Source: Flavobacteriaceae bacterium (GTDB lineage Bacteria > Bacteroidota > Bacteroidia > Flavobacteriales > Flavobacteriaceae). Taken from it: DNA of 64,000 nucleotides. Shown piece after piece: positions 8,869 through 18,643 of the stretch (the first letter of the stretch is position 1; the number at the start of each line of letters is the position of its first letter). A program made the position numbers and the translations under genes. The stretch spans positions 187-64,186 of the forward strand of contig JASFYU010000036.1 in NCBI GenBank assembly GCA_045046905.1, given 5' to 3'. Under the pieces are notes generated by a model. The model was not told the DNA's origin and searched no databases. It saw only the letters and a list, made by a program, of their open reading frames with translations.

Positions 8869-9069
8869 ATGTCAGTTTTAAAAGTAATCGAAGTATTAGC
8901 GAATTCAGATAAAGGTTGGGAAGATGCCACCAAAATTGCAGTAGAGCATGCATCTAAATCAGTTAAGAATATACGTTCAGTATATATCAATGAACAGAGT
9001 GCCACGGTAAAGGACGGTAAATTAGACAACTACAGAGTGAATGTGAAAATCACCTTTGAAGTAAAGTAA
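8869..9069 (+). CDS. Dodecin-family (flavin-binding) small protein
   Basis: 66 aa. The pattern VLKVIEVLANSDKGWEDATKIAVEHASKSVKNIRSVYINEQSATVKDGKLDNYRVNVKITFEV and the size are typical of dodecins. Confidence 0.7.
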   Translation: MSVLKVIEVLANSDKGWEDATKIAVEHASKSVKNIRSVYINEQSATVKDGKLDNYRVNVKITFEVK

Positions 9070-9090
9070 TTCGCTTTCAACAATTTTAAG

Positions 9091-9119
9091 AGCGTCTCCC
9101 TATTGGAGACGCTTTTTTC
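9091..9119 (+). terminator. Rho-independent terminator after the dodecin gene
   Basis: Stem AGCGTCTCC (9091-9099) pairs with GGAGACGCT (9105-9113), has a 5-nt loop, and is followed by a T-run. Confidence 0.8.
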
Positions 9120-9147
9120 ATACACCTATTTAGAGGCTATTTTGAAT

Positions 9148-11262
9148 ATGCCAAGAAACTATCACCTGTTAATACTATTGTTCTTTTTATGGACTAGTTG
9201 CGCCCAAAAACCGAAAGAAATGGCTCATAAACACACCAATGACCTCATTCATGAGACTAGTCCTTACCTCTTGCAGCACGCCCATAACCCGGTAAACTGG
9301 CAGGCATGGAGCCCCGAAGTACTGAAGAAAGCCAAAGATGAAAACAAACTGCTGCTCATTAGCATTGGCTATGCCGCATGCCATTGGTGCCATGTTATGG
9401 AGCATGAATGTTTTGAAGATGAAGAAGTGGCCCGGGTCATGAACGCTAATTTCATCAACATTAAAGTCGATAGGGAAGAACGCCCCGATGTGGATCATAT
9501 TTATATGGATGCCCTTCAAATGATGACAGGTAGTGGGGGCTGGCCCTTGAATATTGTTGCACTACCCGACGGGCGTCCGTTTTGGGGAGCGACCTATGTC
9601 AAAAAAGAAAATTGGATAAAGGCCTTGGAACAACTCTCAGAGCTGTATCGAAAAAACCCTGAAAAGGCCATTGAATACGGCCAAAATATGGCCGATGGCA
9701 TAAAGGCCATCAATCTAATAAAAAACAAAGACGATAGTGATATTGTGGATGCGAATACAATCGACGAGGCCGTCAAAGATTGGTCTCGTTATTTCGATAC
9801 CTTTTTAGGAGGCTATAAACGTGCGCCTAAATTCATGATGCCCGTAAACCTGAATTTTCTTCTTCATTATGGAACGGCTCAAAATGATGCCGATATCTTA
9901 GACTATGTACACACCAGCCTGACCAAAATGGCCTGGGGCGGTATTTTTGACCATGTAGGCGGTGGATTTTCAAGATATTCGGTAGATACCAAATGGCATG
10001 TACCCCACTTTGAAAAAATGCTGTATGACAACGGGCAGCTCGTGAGTCTCTACTCAAAAGCATATGCGGCTACTAAAAATGAACTTTACAGAACGGTAGT
10101 AGAAAAGACCATTGATTTTATACAAGAAGACCTAACAGATGAAGACAAGGGTTTTTATTCCTCCTTGGATGCCGATAGTCTGAATGAAGCCGAAGAATTG
10201 AAAGAAGGCGCTTATTATGTTTGGAAAGAAGATGAGCTAAAAACATTATTGACTGATACCTTTGAGGTTTTTAAGGCGTATTTTAATATAAATAGCTACG
10301 GCCATTGGGAGCATGGCGATTATGTATTGATCAGAGATGCAACTACAGAAAAAATCGCGAAAAAAAAGTCAATCACCGTAGATGAATTGAATACAATCAT
10401 TGCGGAGTGCCTGCAAATAGTAAAAAAAGAACGAAACAAAAGAAACAGACCGCGATTAGACGATAAGATTCTGACCTCTTGGAACGGATTAATGCTCAAA
10501 GGGCTGGTCGATGCCTATCGCTATCTCGGAAACGAGGAATACCTCAATCTTGCACTGAAAAACGCAAACTTCATTGAGGCCAATTTAACCCAAGGTGATG
10601 GCGGTCTTTTTCACAACTATAAAAATGGAAAACACAGTATTAATGGTTATTTAGAGGATTATGCAACCATTATAGATGCGTATATAGGTCTTTACGAAGT
10701 CACCTTCGACGAGCAATGGCTGTCACGTGCCAAAGCATTGACAGATTACTGTATACTATACTTTTTTGACGCCGAGAGCAAAATGTTCTTTTTCACATCT
10801 AAGAAATACGATTATGTTATCCGAAGAACTATTGAAACCTCAGATAACGTGGTTCCGGCCTCGAACTCAATCATGGCAAAAAACCTCTTTAGGCTATCTA
10901 AACTCTTTCTTGATGAAAACTATGATGAAATCGCCCTGCAAATGCTAAAGAACGTTCAAGATAACTTTGATAAAAATGCACAAAGCCACGCCAATTGGAT
11001 GCAATTAGCACTGTATTTCAACCAAGCCTTCTATGAAGTGGCCATCGTGGGCAAGACCTATAAAGAAAAAGCTAAAAAGCTCTCTAGCACCTACCTACCC
11101 AATACTATTATCGCCGGCACCGAGAAGGATAGCGATCTTTTTGTTCTTCAGCATCGATTTACAGAAAATAGCACCTTGATATATGTATGCCAGCACGGTA
11201 GTTGTAAGCTGCCTGTAGAGCAAATTGAAGAAGTTCTAGACCAAATACAATTTCACGAGTAA
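9148..11262 (+). CDS. Thioredoxin-domain (DUF255/YyaL-like) lipoprotein with a six-hairpin glycosidase-like C-terminal domain
   Basis: The track start (TTG at 9103) lies inside the terminator hairpin. The ATG at 9148 gives [20 protein letters not shown], a lipoprotein signal. The family motif is present: [46 protein letters not shown]. Confidence 0.85.
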   Translation: MPRNYHLLILLFFLWTSCAQKPKEMAHKHTNDLIHETSPYLLQHAHNPVNWQAWSPEVLKKAKDENKLLLISIGYAACHWCHVMEHECFEDEEVARVMNANFINIKVDREERPDVDHIYMDALQMMTGSGGWPLNIVALPDGRPFWGATYVKKENWIKALEQLSELYRKNPEKAIEYGQNMADGIKAINLIKNKDDSDIVDANTIDEAVKDWSRYFDTFLGGYKRAPKFMMPVNLNFLLHYGTAQNDADILDYVHTSLTKMAWGGIFDHVGGGFSRYSVDTKWHVPHFEKMLYDNGQLVSLYSKAYAATKNELYRTVVEKTIDFIQEDLTDEDKGFYSSLDADSLNEAEELKEGAYYVWKEDELKTLLTDTFEVFKAYFNINSYGHWEHGDYVLIRDATTEKIAKKKSITVDELNTIIAECLQIVKKERNKRNRPRLDDKILTSWNGLMLKGLVDAYRYLGNEEYLNLALKNANFIEANLTQGDGGLFHNYKNGKHSINGYLEDYATIIDAYIGLYEVTFDEQWLSRAKALTDYCILYFFDAESKMFFFTSKKYDYVIRRTIETSDNVVPASNSIMAKNLFRLSKLFLDENYDEIALQMLKNVQDNFDKNAQSHANWMQLALYFNQAFYEVAIVGKTYKEKAKKLSSTYLPNTIIAGTEKDSDLFVLQHRFTENSTLIYVCQHGSCKLPVEQIEEVLDQIQFHE

Positions 11263-11271
11263 ACTATTTTG

Positions 11272-11368
11272 AGACCTTGCGTTTTGTGAGGTACAAGGCA
11301 ATCAGTGTAAGTAGGCTTCGAACTAATAGATCACTTCGCCGTTGCACTCCGCCTGAAGACGTTGACCT
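11272..11368 (+). repeat. REP-like imperfect palindromic element, copy 2 (diverged)
   Basis: The left arm TTTGTGAGGTACAAGGCAATC aligns with copy 1 TTTGCGAGGCACGAAGCAATC at about 17 of 21 positions. The right arm AGATCACTTCGCC...GAAGACG resembles copy 1 AGATTACTTCACT...AATGACG. The context is the same: a convergent intergenic region after a plus-strand gene. Confidence 0.5.
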
Positions 11369-12055
11369 CTATTTTTTTTTGATTTTATTACCGATAAAGT
11401 CCTTTAAGTAATAGGGTTCAAAATAGGCGACATCCTCAAATTCACCAGCAGTGAATTTTCTATAGGAAAGTTGCCCCATCTCTTTGGCCGAAGGCACAAC
11501 AGCTGTATCGAAGCTAAAATTAGAATGCACCAGTAGTCCCTCGCATTTTGCGGCCCCGTTACCTAATAAAAGTACCTTTCCTTTGCTTGCATATTCCTGA
11601 AAAGAGTTCTCATCAATAATCTCTGCCCTAGTTTCCCGTATTTCTTTTCCCGATCGATTGTACACCGCGGAGTAGACCTCCATTCGTCTCGCATCTAAAA
11701 CCGGAATAATAAACTGCACTTCATCGGATATTCCTTGATATACCATACTTTCAAGCGTTGGAATAGAAATAAGGGGTATATCTAAGGAAAAGCAGAGGCC
11801 CTTTGCCGTCGAAACACCGATCCTAAGACCCGTATAGGACCCAGGCCCTTTACTCACCGCAACGGCATCGATACCAGAAAGCTCAATGTTCGCCAGAGCG
11901 ATTACTTCCTCAATAAAAACATGCAATTGTTCTGAATGGGAATAGGTGGGGGTATCGTGTTCCTTTATTGCCAATAGCTTTCCGTTCTCAGCAAGGCTTA
12001 CCGAGCAATTCGTGGTAGCAGTTTCTATATGTAGTAGTACAGCCATAAGGGCCAC
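11369..12055 (-). CDS. tsaB: tRNA threonylcarbamoyladenosine (t6A) biosynthesis protein TsaB
   Basis: 228 aa. Typical features are the N-terminus LLHIETATTNCSVSL, the SKGPGSYTGLRIG motif, and the size. The start could be Met1 or Met4. Confidence 0.85.
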   Translation of the reverse strand: MALMAVLLHIETATTNCSVSLAENGKLLAIKEHDTPTYSHSEQLHVFIEEVIALANIELSGIDAVAVSKGPGSYTGLRIGVSTAKGLCFSLDIPLISIPTLESMVYQGISDEVQFIIPVLDARRMEVYSAVYNRSGKEIRETRAEIIDENSFQEYASKGKVLLLGNGAAKCEGLLVHSNFSFDTAVVPSAKEMGQLSYRKFTAGEFEDVAYFEPYYLKDFIGNKIKKK

Positions 12056-12156
12056 AAAGATACACCGAAAGCAAAGACCTGCAAGGCCCTATTTAAAACA
12101 ACAGGGCCATAGCTATATCAAGATTCTGGCAGCATAGTCCTTGTTTATATTCATTT

Positions 12157-13497
12157 TTAGTTCAATACAATGGGTAAGCCAAAATAGAACTCAAGCACTT
12201 TAAGCCTGAATATATAATCATATTTTGTACGTATCAAGCTTGCCTCGGCATTATCAACACGGGACTGCGCCTGACTAAAATCAAAGGCGTTCATTAGCCC
12301 TACATCATAGCGTTCTTTTGAATAGTTATAGGCGAGCCGCCTTGCTTCTAATGTTTTCTGTGCCGCTTCATAGGCCTTGGAAAAACTTTTAACGTCGACA
12401 TAGATTTGGTTGATATTAGTTTCCAAAACTAATTTATCCTGTTCAAATTGCAATCTTGCTTTTTCGACACTTATTTGAGAACGCTTTATACCATTGCTGG
12501 TCCTAAAGCCATTAAAAATGGGTATACTTAATTGCGCCCCATAGGAAACTCCGTCATTGATCCATAATTGATTTTTAAATCCGATTTTCTCGCCAGTTAT
12601 AGGATCTCTAGTTTGATCGGAAAATCTTGTGTTATAGTTTAAAAAGGCCCCTAAGGTCGGATATTTAGCGCCTTTGGCTATGTCTAGATCCTTCAATGCC
12701 AGATCAACGCTCGACCGTGAAAATTTAATATCATTCCGAAAACTTAGGGCCTTCTCGAAAATCATTTTAGGTGAATTGCTCAAAATATCGGAAGGCGGAA
12801 TTTTGAACCCCTCATCGGCGATATCAAAATTTTCGTAATCGGTAATCTGTAGCATTTGCGCAAGATTGATGCGAGAGATCAGGACCAAATTCTCGGCATT
12901 TACAATTTGTTGTTCCTGATTTGCTGCAGTAGCCTCGATTTCTAATAGATCACCACGCGGCAATACCCCAGATTCTACCAATTCGCTTGTTCTCTTCAAA
13001 TCTTGATCCGTCACTTCATATTGCGCCCTAAAAACTTTCAATGACTCCTTATTAGACGCTATCTGCAAATAGGCATCGGCCACATTCAACCGAATATCAT
13101 CGATTAAATCGTCTAATCGATATTGATTGGCGATGGCATTTAATTTTGCCCGGTTCAAGCGATGAATATTTCGTAACCCATCAAAAAGAGTCATGGAAGA
13201 AGTTACCCCCCCCGATACAGAAAATATAGTTCCTGTAATAAAACCATTTGTTGTAGGATTCAGAACAAGACCTGTATTTCCAGATGTACTCATAGAAGCA
13301 TTTAGGTTGGGAAGCATAGCACCCAAAGCATCGGATCTATCAATTGTGGCATTTTCCAAATCCAATTCGTACTGTTCTATGGTCAGATTGTTATCCACAA
13401 CATAGGTGACACATTCTGCCAATGTCCACTTTTTTTGCTGTGCAGTCACCATAGCCACTGAAAATATGAGCAGTAAGGCCGTGAGTCTAATTTTCAT
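12157..13497 (-). CDS. TolC-family outer-membrane efflux protein
   Basis: 446 aa with a signal peptide and two-fold repeated coiled-coil/beta segments. It is the last gene of the efflux operon. Confidence 0.85.
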   Translation of the reverse strand: MKIRLTALLLIFSVAMVTAQQKKWTLAECVTYVVDNNLTIEQYELDLENATIDRSDALGAMLPNLNASMSTSGNTGLVLNPTTNGFITGTIFSVSGGVTSSMTLFDGLRNIHRLNRAKLNAIANQYRLDDLIDDIRLNVADAYLQIASNKESLKVFRAQYEVTDQDLKRTSELVESGVLPRGDLLEIEATAANQEQQIVNAENLVLISRINLAQMLQITDYENFDIADEGFKIPPSDILSNSPKMIFEKALSFRNDIKFSRSSVDLALKDLDIAKGAKYPTLGAFLNYNTRFSDQTRDPITGEKIGFKNQLWINDGVSYGAQLSIPIFNGFRTSNGIKRSQISVEKARLQFEQDKLVLETNINQIYVDVKSFSKAYEAAQKTLEARRLAYNYSKERYDVGLMNAFDFSQAQSRVDNAEASLIRTKYDYIFRLKVLEFYFGLPIVLN

Positions 13498-13535
13498 TTG
13501 TTGATTTTTACTTGATTGTTTATTTTGATTGATGT

Positions 13536-14702
13536 CTATTCTTCTGAACTATCTTCCTCTGATTCTTTGTCTTCATCTTCGTCTTCATCTCCTTTTTTAA
13601 TCGGCTCGGTCTTATTCCATTGTTTTACTTCATCATCTTTGGTAAGCCCAGAAACAATTTCGACATTCAAGCCATCGGAGATGCCTATTTCGATATCACG
13701 GCGTTCAAATTTTTGATCGTCTGTATTACCGATTGCAATTTCGACATAAGGTTCATCGGTTTTCTTATCAAATTGTAAGAGGGCTTCAGAAATCACAAGA
13801 ATACTATCTTTCTTTTCCAAAACAATAGATGCATTAGCACTATATCCGGCACGAATAAAAACCTCGTCATTGACCTCTACATCACCCTCGATCTTAAACT
13901 GCACGGCTCCGGTCTCCTCGATTCCCTTAGGCGCTATAAACCTTAGTCTGGCATTCAATTCAACACCTTCAATAGCCCCAAGGCTTATTTTTAACGGTGT
14001 TCCCACCTTTAATTTACCTACTTCACCCTCATCAACCTTTCCCTCAAAAATCATCTTGGTCAAATCGGCAATGGATGCAATGGTGGTACCATCATTGAAA
14101 TTGTTACTCTGTATAACCTGATCCCCCTCCTCTACAGGAATCTCTAATATAGTCCCTGGTACTGTGGCCCGTATATTGGTATTGGCGCTTGAAGAACCTC
14201 CTGCAGAACCCACACGAATTATTTGATAATCGGCCTTTGCATTTTTGAGTTCCTGTAGCGCTTGATTGTATTGTAATTGCAATTTGTTAAAGTCCTGGCT
14301 AGAGATGACCCCTTTATCAAAAAGACTCTTGTTCCTGTCAAACTCTATTTTTACATTGTCCAATGCCAATTCGGCATTGCGAACTCTTCCGCGAGATTGG
14401 TTCAAAGACTGTTCATTCGGCACCACTTTAATAAGAGCGATTAAATCTCCGGCTTTTACCTTGGCACCTTCCTCCAAGTATATTTCTTCTATAATACCCG
14501 AAATCTGAGGTTTGATTTCTACCTCATCTTCTGGAACCACTTTGCCCGTTGCCACCGTTTTCTTTTCTATACTAGAAATAAAGGGTTTACTAGTTTCATA
14601 CGTAATTGCTGATTTGCTATTTGATTTTATAAAAAAGAGCGCTGCCCAAATTGCTCCTAGTACCAAAAGTCCAATTAGTATGTACTTTACAATTTTATTC
14701 AT
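13536..14702 (-). CDS. Efflux transporter periplasmic adaptor (HlyD/MacA family)
   Basis: 388 aa. It has an N-terminal TM anchor, a lipoyl-like segment (GKVVPEDEVEIKPQISGII), a coiled-coil hairpin, and a C-terminal IEIGISDGLNVEIVSGL motif. It ends in an acidic tail. Confidence 0.9.
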   Translation of the reverse strand: MNKIVKYILIGLLVLGAIWAALFFIKSNSKSAITYETSKPFISSIEKKTVATGKVVPEDEVEIKPQISGIIEEIYLEEGAKVKAGDLIALIKVVPNEQSLNQSRGRVRNAELALDNVKIEFDRNKSLFDKGVISSQDFNKLQLQYNQALQELKNAKADYQIIRVGSAGGSSSANTNIRATVPGTILEIPVEEGDQVIQSNNFNDGTTIASIADLTKMIFEGKVDEGEVGKLKVGTPLKISLGAIEGVELNARLRFIAPKGIEETGAVQFKIEGDVEVNDEVFIRAGYSANASIVLEKKDSILVISEALLQFDKKTDEPYVEIAIGNTDDQKFERRDIEIGISDGLNVEIVSGLTKDDEVKQWNKTEPIKKGDEDEDEDKESEEDSSEE

Positions 14703-14733
14703 TTTTAGTGTATTAATTTTATACTTGGTTATC

Positions 14734-15996
14734 TTATTCTTCTCTTAATGCGTCAATAGGTCTAATGCTTACGGCTCGTTGCGCGGGGATCAACCCTATT
14801 AAAGTTCCTAATACTACCATTATCGCTAAAGCACCTAAAACATACGGAATGGGCACGGTAGGGTTGGTATAAGGCATATCTATATCTTGTGTCAATTTAT
14901 TTACTATAGCTAAAAATCCTGCTCCTAGAATTATTCCCATCACCCCTGCTATCATGGTCAAGAAAACAGATTCTACAATAATCTGCGAACGTACTTCACT
15001 GGGCGTTGCCCCTAAAGCCCTTCTCACTCCTAATTCTTTAGTGCGCTCTTTGACCGAAATCAGCAAAATATTACCAATGCCGATTACGCCTGCCAAAATG
15101 GTGGCGATACCCACCACAAGTGATAAAAAAGTCATGCCTTTTGCAAAACCCATTACTTTTGAGAACATCTCTCCTAAATTGAAAGAACCAAAGGCACGTT
15201 CGTCTTTTGGGTTTACCCTATGAATGCTTTTTAAGATTGATTTAATGTTTTTTTCTACCTGTACCACATCGACATCATCATAGGCCGCAATACATAAATA
15301 GCCAACATTATCACCAGAATTATACAATTTCTGATAGGTTGAAAAAGGAATAAAAATAGAGCTATCGCTATCAAAACTAACCCCCGTTGCAATTTTATGA
15401 ACCCCAATAACCTGAAAATAAATATTTCCGATTCGTATATACCCGCCAATCGGATCCTCATCTTTTTCGAACAATTCTTTAAGGTTGCGTTCACCGATTA
15501 CACATACTTTTCTTGCTTGCCTAATATCTTCATCATTGATGAACCTACCGCCATCGAATATTTCTTTGGTCGCTATTTTTGTATACACGGGGTAATCACC
15601 ATTGATTTGATAGTCACCTGATTTTTGCCCTCTGACCGTTAGCACGGGCTCAGACCCAAATCTTCCCAAAACAATACGGGGCGCTATATATTGAATTTCA
15701 GGAACCCTATTCTTCAAGGTAGTCACATCACTGAGCTTTAATTGCATTTGTCTGCCCGTTTTAAAACCGTCATTAGGCATACTAGTACTTTGGCCCCACA
15801 CGAACATACTGTTCATAGATACGGTTTCAAAAACCTTTTCAAAACCGTTGTCTAGACCTTTTGCGGCACCGGCCAAAGCGATATAAATAAAAATACCCCA
15901 CAAAACACCGATAACCGTTATTATGGTTCTGGTCTTATTCTTACTAATAGAACCAAAAATCTCTTGCCAAGTATTTCTATCAAATAAAAATCTCAT
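14734..15996 (-). CDS. ABC transporter permease, MacB/FtsX type
   Basis: 420 aa. Topology is TM1, a large periplasmic domain, then three C-terminal TMs. It has the FtsX-family motif KERTKELGVRRALGA. Confidence 0.9.
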   Translation of the reverse strand: MRFLFDRNTWQEIFGSISKNKTRTIITVIGVLWGIFIYIALAGAAKGLDNGFEKVFETVSMNSMFVWGQSTSMPNDGFKTGRQMQLKLSDVTTLKNRVPEIQYIAPRIVLGRFGSEPVLTVRGQKSGDYQINGDYPVYTKIATKEIFDGGRFINDEDIRQARKVCVIGERNLKELFEKDEDPIGGYIRIGNIYFQVIGVHKIATGVSFDSDSSIFIPFSTYQKLYNSGDNVGYLCIAAYDDVDVVQVEKNIKSILKSIHRVNPKDERAFGSFNLGEMFSKVMGFAKGMTFLSLVVGIATILAGVIGIGNILLISVKERTKELGVRRALGATPSEVRSQIIVESVFLTMIAGVMGIILGAGFLAIVNKLTQDIDMPYTNPTVPIPYVLGALAIMVVLGTLIGLIPAQRAVSIRPIDALREE

Positions 15997-15997
15997 A

Positions 15998-17227
15998 CTA
16001 TTCGTCTCTTAAGGCTACAATAGGTTTAATACGTGCTGCTCTTCGTGCAGGAATATACCCCGCCAAGCCACCAAAAAATATCAAAATCAAGGTAGCAAAA
16101 ACTGCTACTCCAAGATTTATATACGGATTTGTTATAAAATAATCTTCTAATGTATCTCCTAAAGAACTCAATACTGCAATCCCCATCACCATACCAATAC
16201 TACCCGAAACAGTAGTAATAAAAACCGATTCTAACAAAATAGTACCAATCACATCTCTTGGTGTGGCGCCCAAGGCCTTTCGTATTCCCAACTCTTTGGT
16301 TCTCTCTTTTACCACAAAGACCATGATATTACTGATACCGATAATTCCTGCTATAATGGTACCGAAGGCCACAAAGGCAACAATCATTTGCAATACCCTT
16401 GCAAATTGTTGGTTCTGTTTTAATCGATCAGCTACATTTCGAATATGAATTCCGTTTTGATCTTTTGGGCTGATATTTTTTTTATCCCTTAAAAAATTAT
16501 CCAAACTTTTATCAAAGGCCATAGCGCCCACATAGCCGATCTCTGGCTTAAAAGCCACAATGATCTGATCGACCTTATCGGTATTTTTTTCAATCAATTG
16601 TCTAGTTGTATACGGTATATAGATGAATCTTTCTTCATCATCGCCCCCTTCATCCTGAAAAACACCGATTACTTTAAAAACACTGCCGGCAATATCTATA
16701 TATTTTCCTAATGATTCTTTTTGACCAAACAAATCTTGTTCTACAAGCCTTCCGATTACGGCATACTTGGTTCTGTTATTAATATCGGTCTTGTTCAAAT
16801 ACCGCCCTTTCATCATGATGGTCTTTAAGGCGTATTGATACGAACCGGTAACACCCCTAGTGGTATAATTATTAGATTCATTCTTATACTTCACTAAGCC
16901 ATTTCTGTCAATTCTTGGAGAAACGTACTGAGTAAACAATGCAAAATTCTTTTCAATATCAGCCAAGTCACTATTATCGAATTCTATTCGCCTATTCGAC
17001 TTATACCCTTTATAGGGCATCGATGTTCTACCAGGAAATATAAAAAAAAGGTTCGTGGAGTCATTACTAAAAAATTTATCAAAAGTATTGATAAGACCGT
17101 TTCCGAAACCGAAGAGCACAACGAATATGAAGATTCCCAAGGCGACTGTAAAACCTGATAAGAACGTACGTAATTTGTTCTTTTGAATGGTTTCGAATAT
17201 CTCTTTCCAGTTATCTCTACTAAACAT
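15998..17227 (-). CDS. ABC transporter permease, MacB/FtsX type (second paralog)
   Basis: 409 aa with the same architecture and the motif KERTKELGIRKALGA. It overlaps the ATPase gene by 8 nt. Confidence 0.9.
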   Translation of the reverse strand: MFSRDNWKEIFETIQKNKLRTFLSGFTVALGIFIFVVLFGFGNGLINTFDKFFSNDSTNLFFIFPGRTSMPYKGYKSNRRIEFDNSDLADIEKNFALFTQYVSPRIDRNGLVKYKNESNNYTTRGVTGSYQYALKTIMMKGRYLNKTDINNRTKYAVIGRLVEQDLFGQKESLGKYIDIAGSVFKVIGVFQDEGGDDEERFIYIPYTTRQLIEKNTDKVDQIIVAFKPEIGYVGAMAFDKSLDNFLRDKKNISPKDQNGIHIRNVADRLKQNQQFARVLQMIVAFVAFGTIIAGIIGISNIMVFVVKERTKELGIRKALGATPRDVIGTILLESVFITTVSGSIGMVMGIAVLSSLGDTLEDYFITNPYINLGVAVFATLILIFFGGLAGYIPARRAARIKPIVALRDE

Positions 17228-17921
17228 AAGCAGATGCTCTCACTTGTTTTATTTTCTTGTCTTCTATAATAATACCGTCCTTGAGATATACTATTCTTTT
17301 ACACATATTGGCAATATCCTGCTCGTGTGTCACAATAAGAATGGTATTGCCTTGGTCATTGATTTTTTGGATAAGATCCATCACTTCATAGGACGTTGTA
17401 CTATCTAAGGCACCCGTTGGCTCATCGGCTAATAGCACCTTGGGCTCTGCGGCCATAGCTCGGGCAATGGCCACACGTTGTTTTTGACCGCCCGAAAGCT
17501 CATTGGGTAAATGGGTCGCCCATTCTTTCAGCCCTACTTGATCCAAATATTTTAAAGCTTTCTCTTGTCTTTCCTTTCGAGGCATACGCTGATAATAGAG
17601 CGGAAGAGCCACATTTTCTAATGCACTTTTATAATTGATGAGATTGAAAGATTGAAAAACAAATCCTAAAAATTTATTTCGATATTTAGCCGCTTTGGTC
17701 TCGTTCAAATTTTTGATAGGCACCCCATCCAAGGTATATTCTCCTGAATCAGCCACATCTAACATGCCCAGAATATTCAATAAGGTAGATTTCCCTGAAC
17801 CTGAGGACCCCATTATAGCTACCAACTCCCCTTCTTCTATCGATAAATTAATACCTTTTAATACATGAAGAGAATTGCTTCCCATTTTGTAAGATTTGTG
17901 AAGGTCTTTGATTTCAATCAT
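17220..17921 (-). CDS. ABC transporter ATP-binding protein (MacB/LolD-like)
   Basis: 233 aa. It has Walker A GSSGSGKST, signature LSGGQKQR, and Walker B LLADEPTGALD. Confidence 0.95.
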   Translation of the reverse strand: MIEIKDLHKSYKMGSNSLHVLKGINLSIEEGELVAIMGSSGSGKSTLLNILGMLDVADSGEYTLDGVPIKNLNETKAAKYRNKFLGFVFQSFNLINYKSALENVALPLYYQRMPRKERQEKALKYLDQVGLKEWATHLPNELSGGQKQRVAIARAMAAEPKVLLADEPTGALDSTTSYEVMDLIQKINDQGNTILIVTHEQDIANMCKRIVYLKDGIIIEDKKIKQVRASAYV

Positions 17922-18059
17922 GCCGATTTCATTAATTGTTTGATTAGTATCTTACTAGATTCTTGAATAGGACTCATAAGTTGTTAAAATGTTACATAAC
18001 TGCCTCCAAAATTTATGTTAAATAATTCAATCTCCCTTTCCAAGGGGCTCTAGCTTGTT

Positions 18060-18331
18060 CTATACTTTGATATTATCCTCTGCCTCGATTCCTGATTTCA
18101 CCTTTACATAAATACCATCGCTTATACCCAATTCGATAGGCATACCTTCAAATTGTTATTGGATTTTCTCAATTTCTACAAAGGGCTTTTTGATCTTATT
18201 GTCGAACTAGGTTATAAGACTAGAAGATTATGGTATTGTTACAACCTGAGTTCGATAGCTATACGCTCAAATTGTTATTCGATTTTCTCAATTTCTACAA
18301 AGGGCTTTTTGGTCTTATTGTCGAACTCGGG
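18060..18331 (-). pseudogene. 3' relic of a second HlyD/MacA-type adaptor gene, with an internal duplication
   Basis: My minus-strand translation reads FDNKIKKPFVEIEKIQ*QFEGMPIELGISDGIYVKVKSGIEAEDNIKV*. It parallels the intact adaptor C-terminus FDKKTDEPYVEIAIG..QKFERRDIEIGISDGLNVEIVSGLTKDDEVK. There is an in-frame stop and no upstream coding continuation. The FDNK..EIEKI segment occurs twice. Confidence 0.6.
18149..18331. repeat. Direct repeat of about 64 bp, two copies with a 119-bp period
   Basis: Copy 1 (18149-18212) and copy 2 (18268-18331) both begin CAAATTGTTATT(G/C)GATTTTCTCAATTTCTACAAAGGGCTTTTTG(A/G)TCTTATTGTCGAACT. They differ at only a few positions. Confidence 0.9.
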
Positions 18332-18377
18332 TTTACAGTAAAATCTGTACGGAAATGATAAGAATAAGAGACTATCC

Positions 18378-18593
18378 TCAGCTCTTCATTTTTCGGTATA
18401 CAAAATAGAATAGCACACCGACCAGCACATAGGGTACTGCCATCAAATACACTATTCCATTGTTCACTCCCTCGGCCATGGCACCGTTTCCTTCACTTTC
18501 TAAAACAGCCCGGCACATGGCACATTGCGCCTCTACCACTTCAGGAAATAGCAGTACTATAGATAGTACGAATATCAAAAAAGTCTTTCTCAT
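18378..18593 (-). CDS. Small membrane protein with a signal peptide, a CxxC motif and a C-terminal TM helix; function unknown
   Basis: 71 aa: MRKTFLIFVLSIVLLFPEVVEA|QCAMCRAVLESEGNG...VYLMAVPYVLVGVLFYFVYRKMKS. It is the last ORF of the SCO1-DUF420 gene string. Confidence 0.5.
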   Translation of the reverse strand: MRKTFLIFVLSIVLLFPEVVEAQCAMCRAVLESEGNGAMAEGVNNGIVYLMAVPYVLVGVLFYFVYRKMKS

Positions 18594-18643
18594 TTAACAC
18601 CCTTTTAACTGCAGTCAAAATGACCACTTTGTTCAGCCATTTA

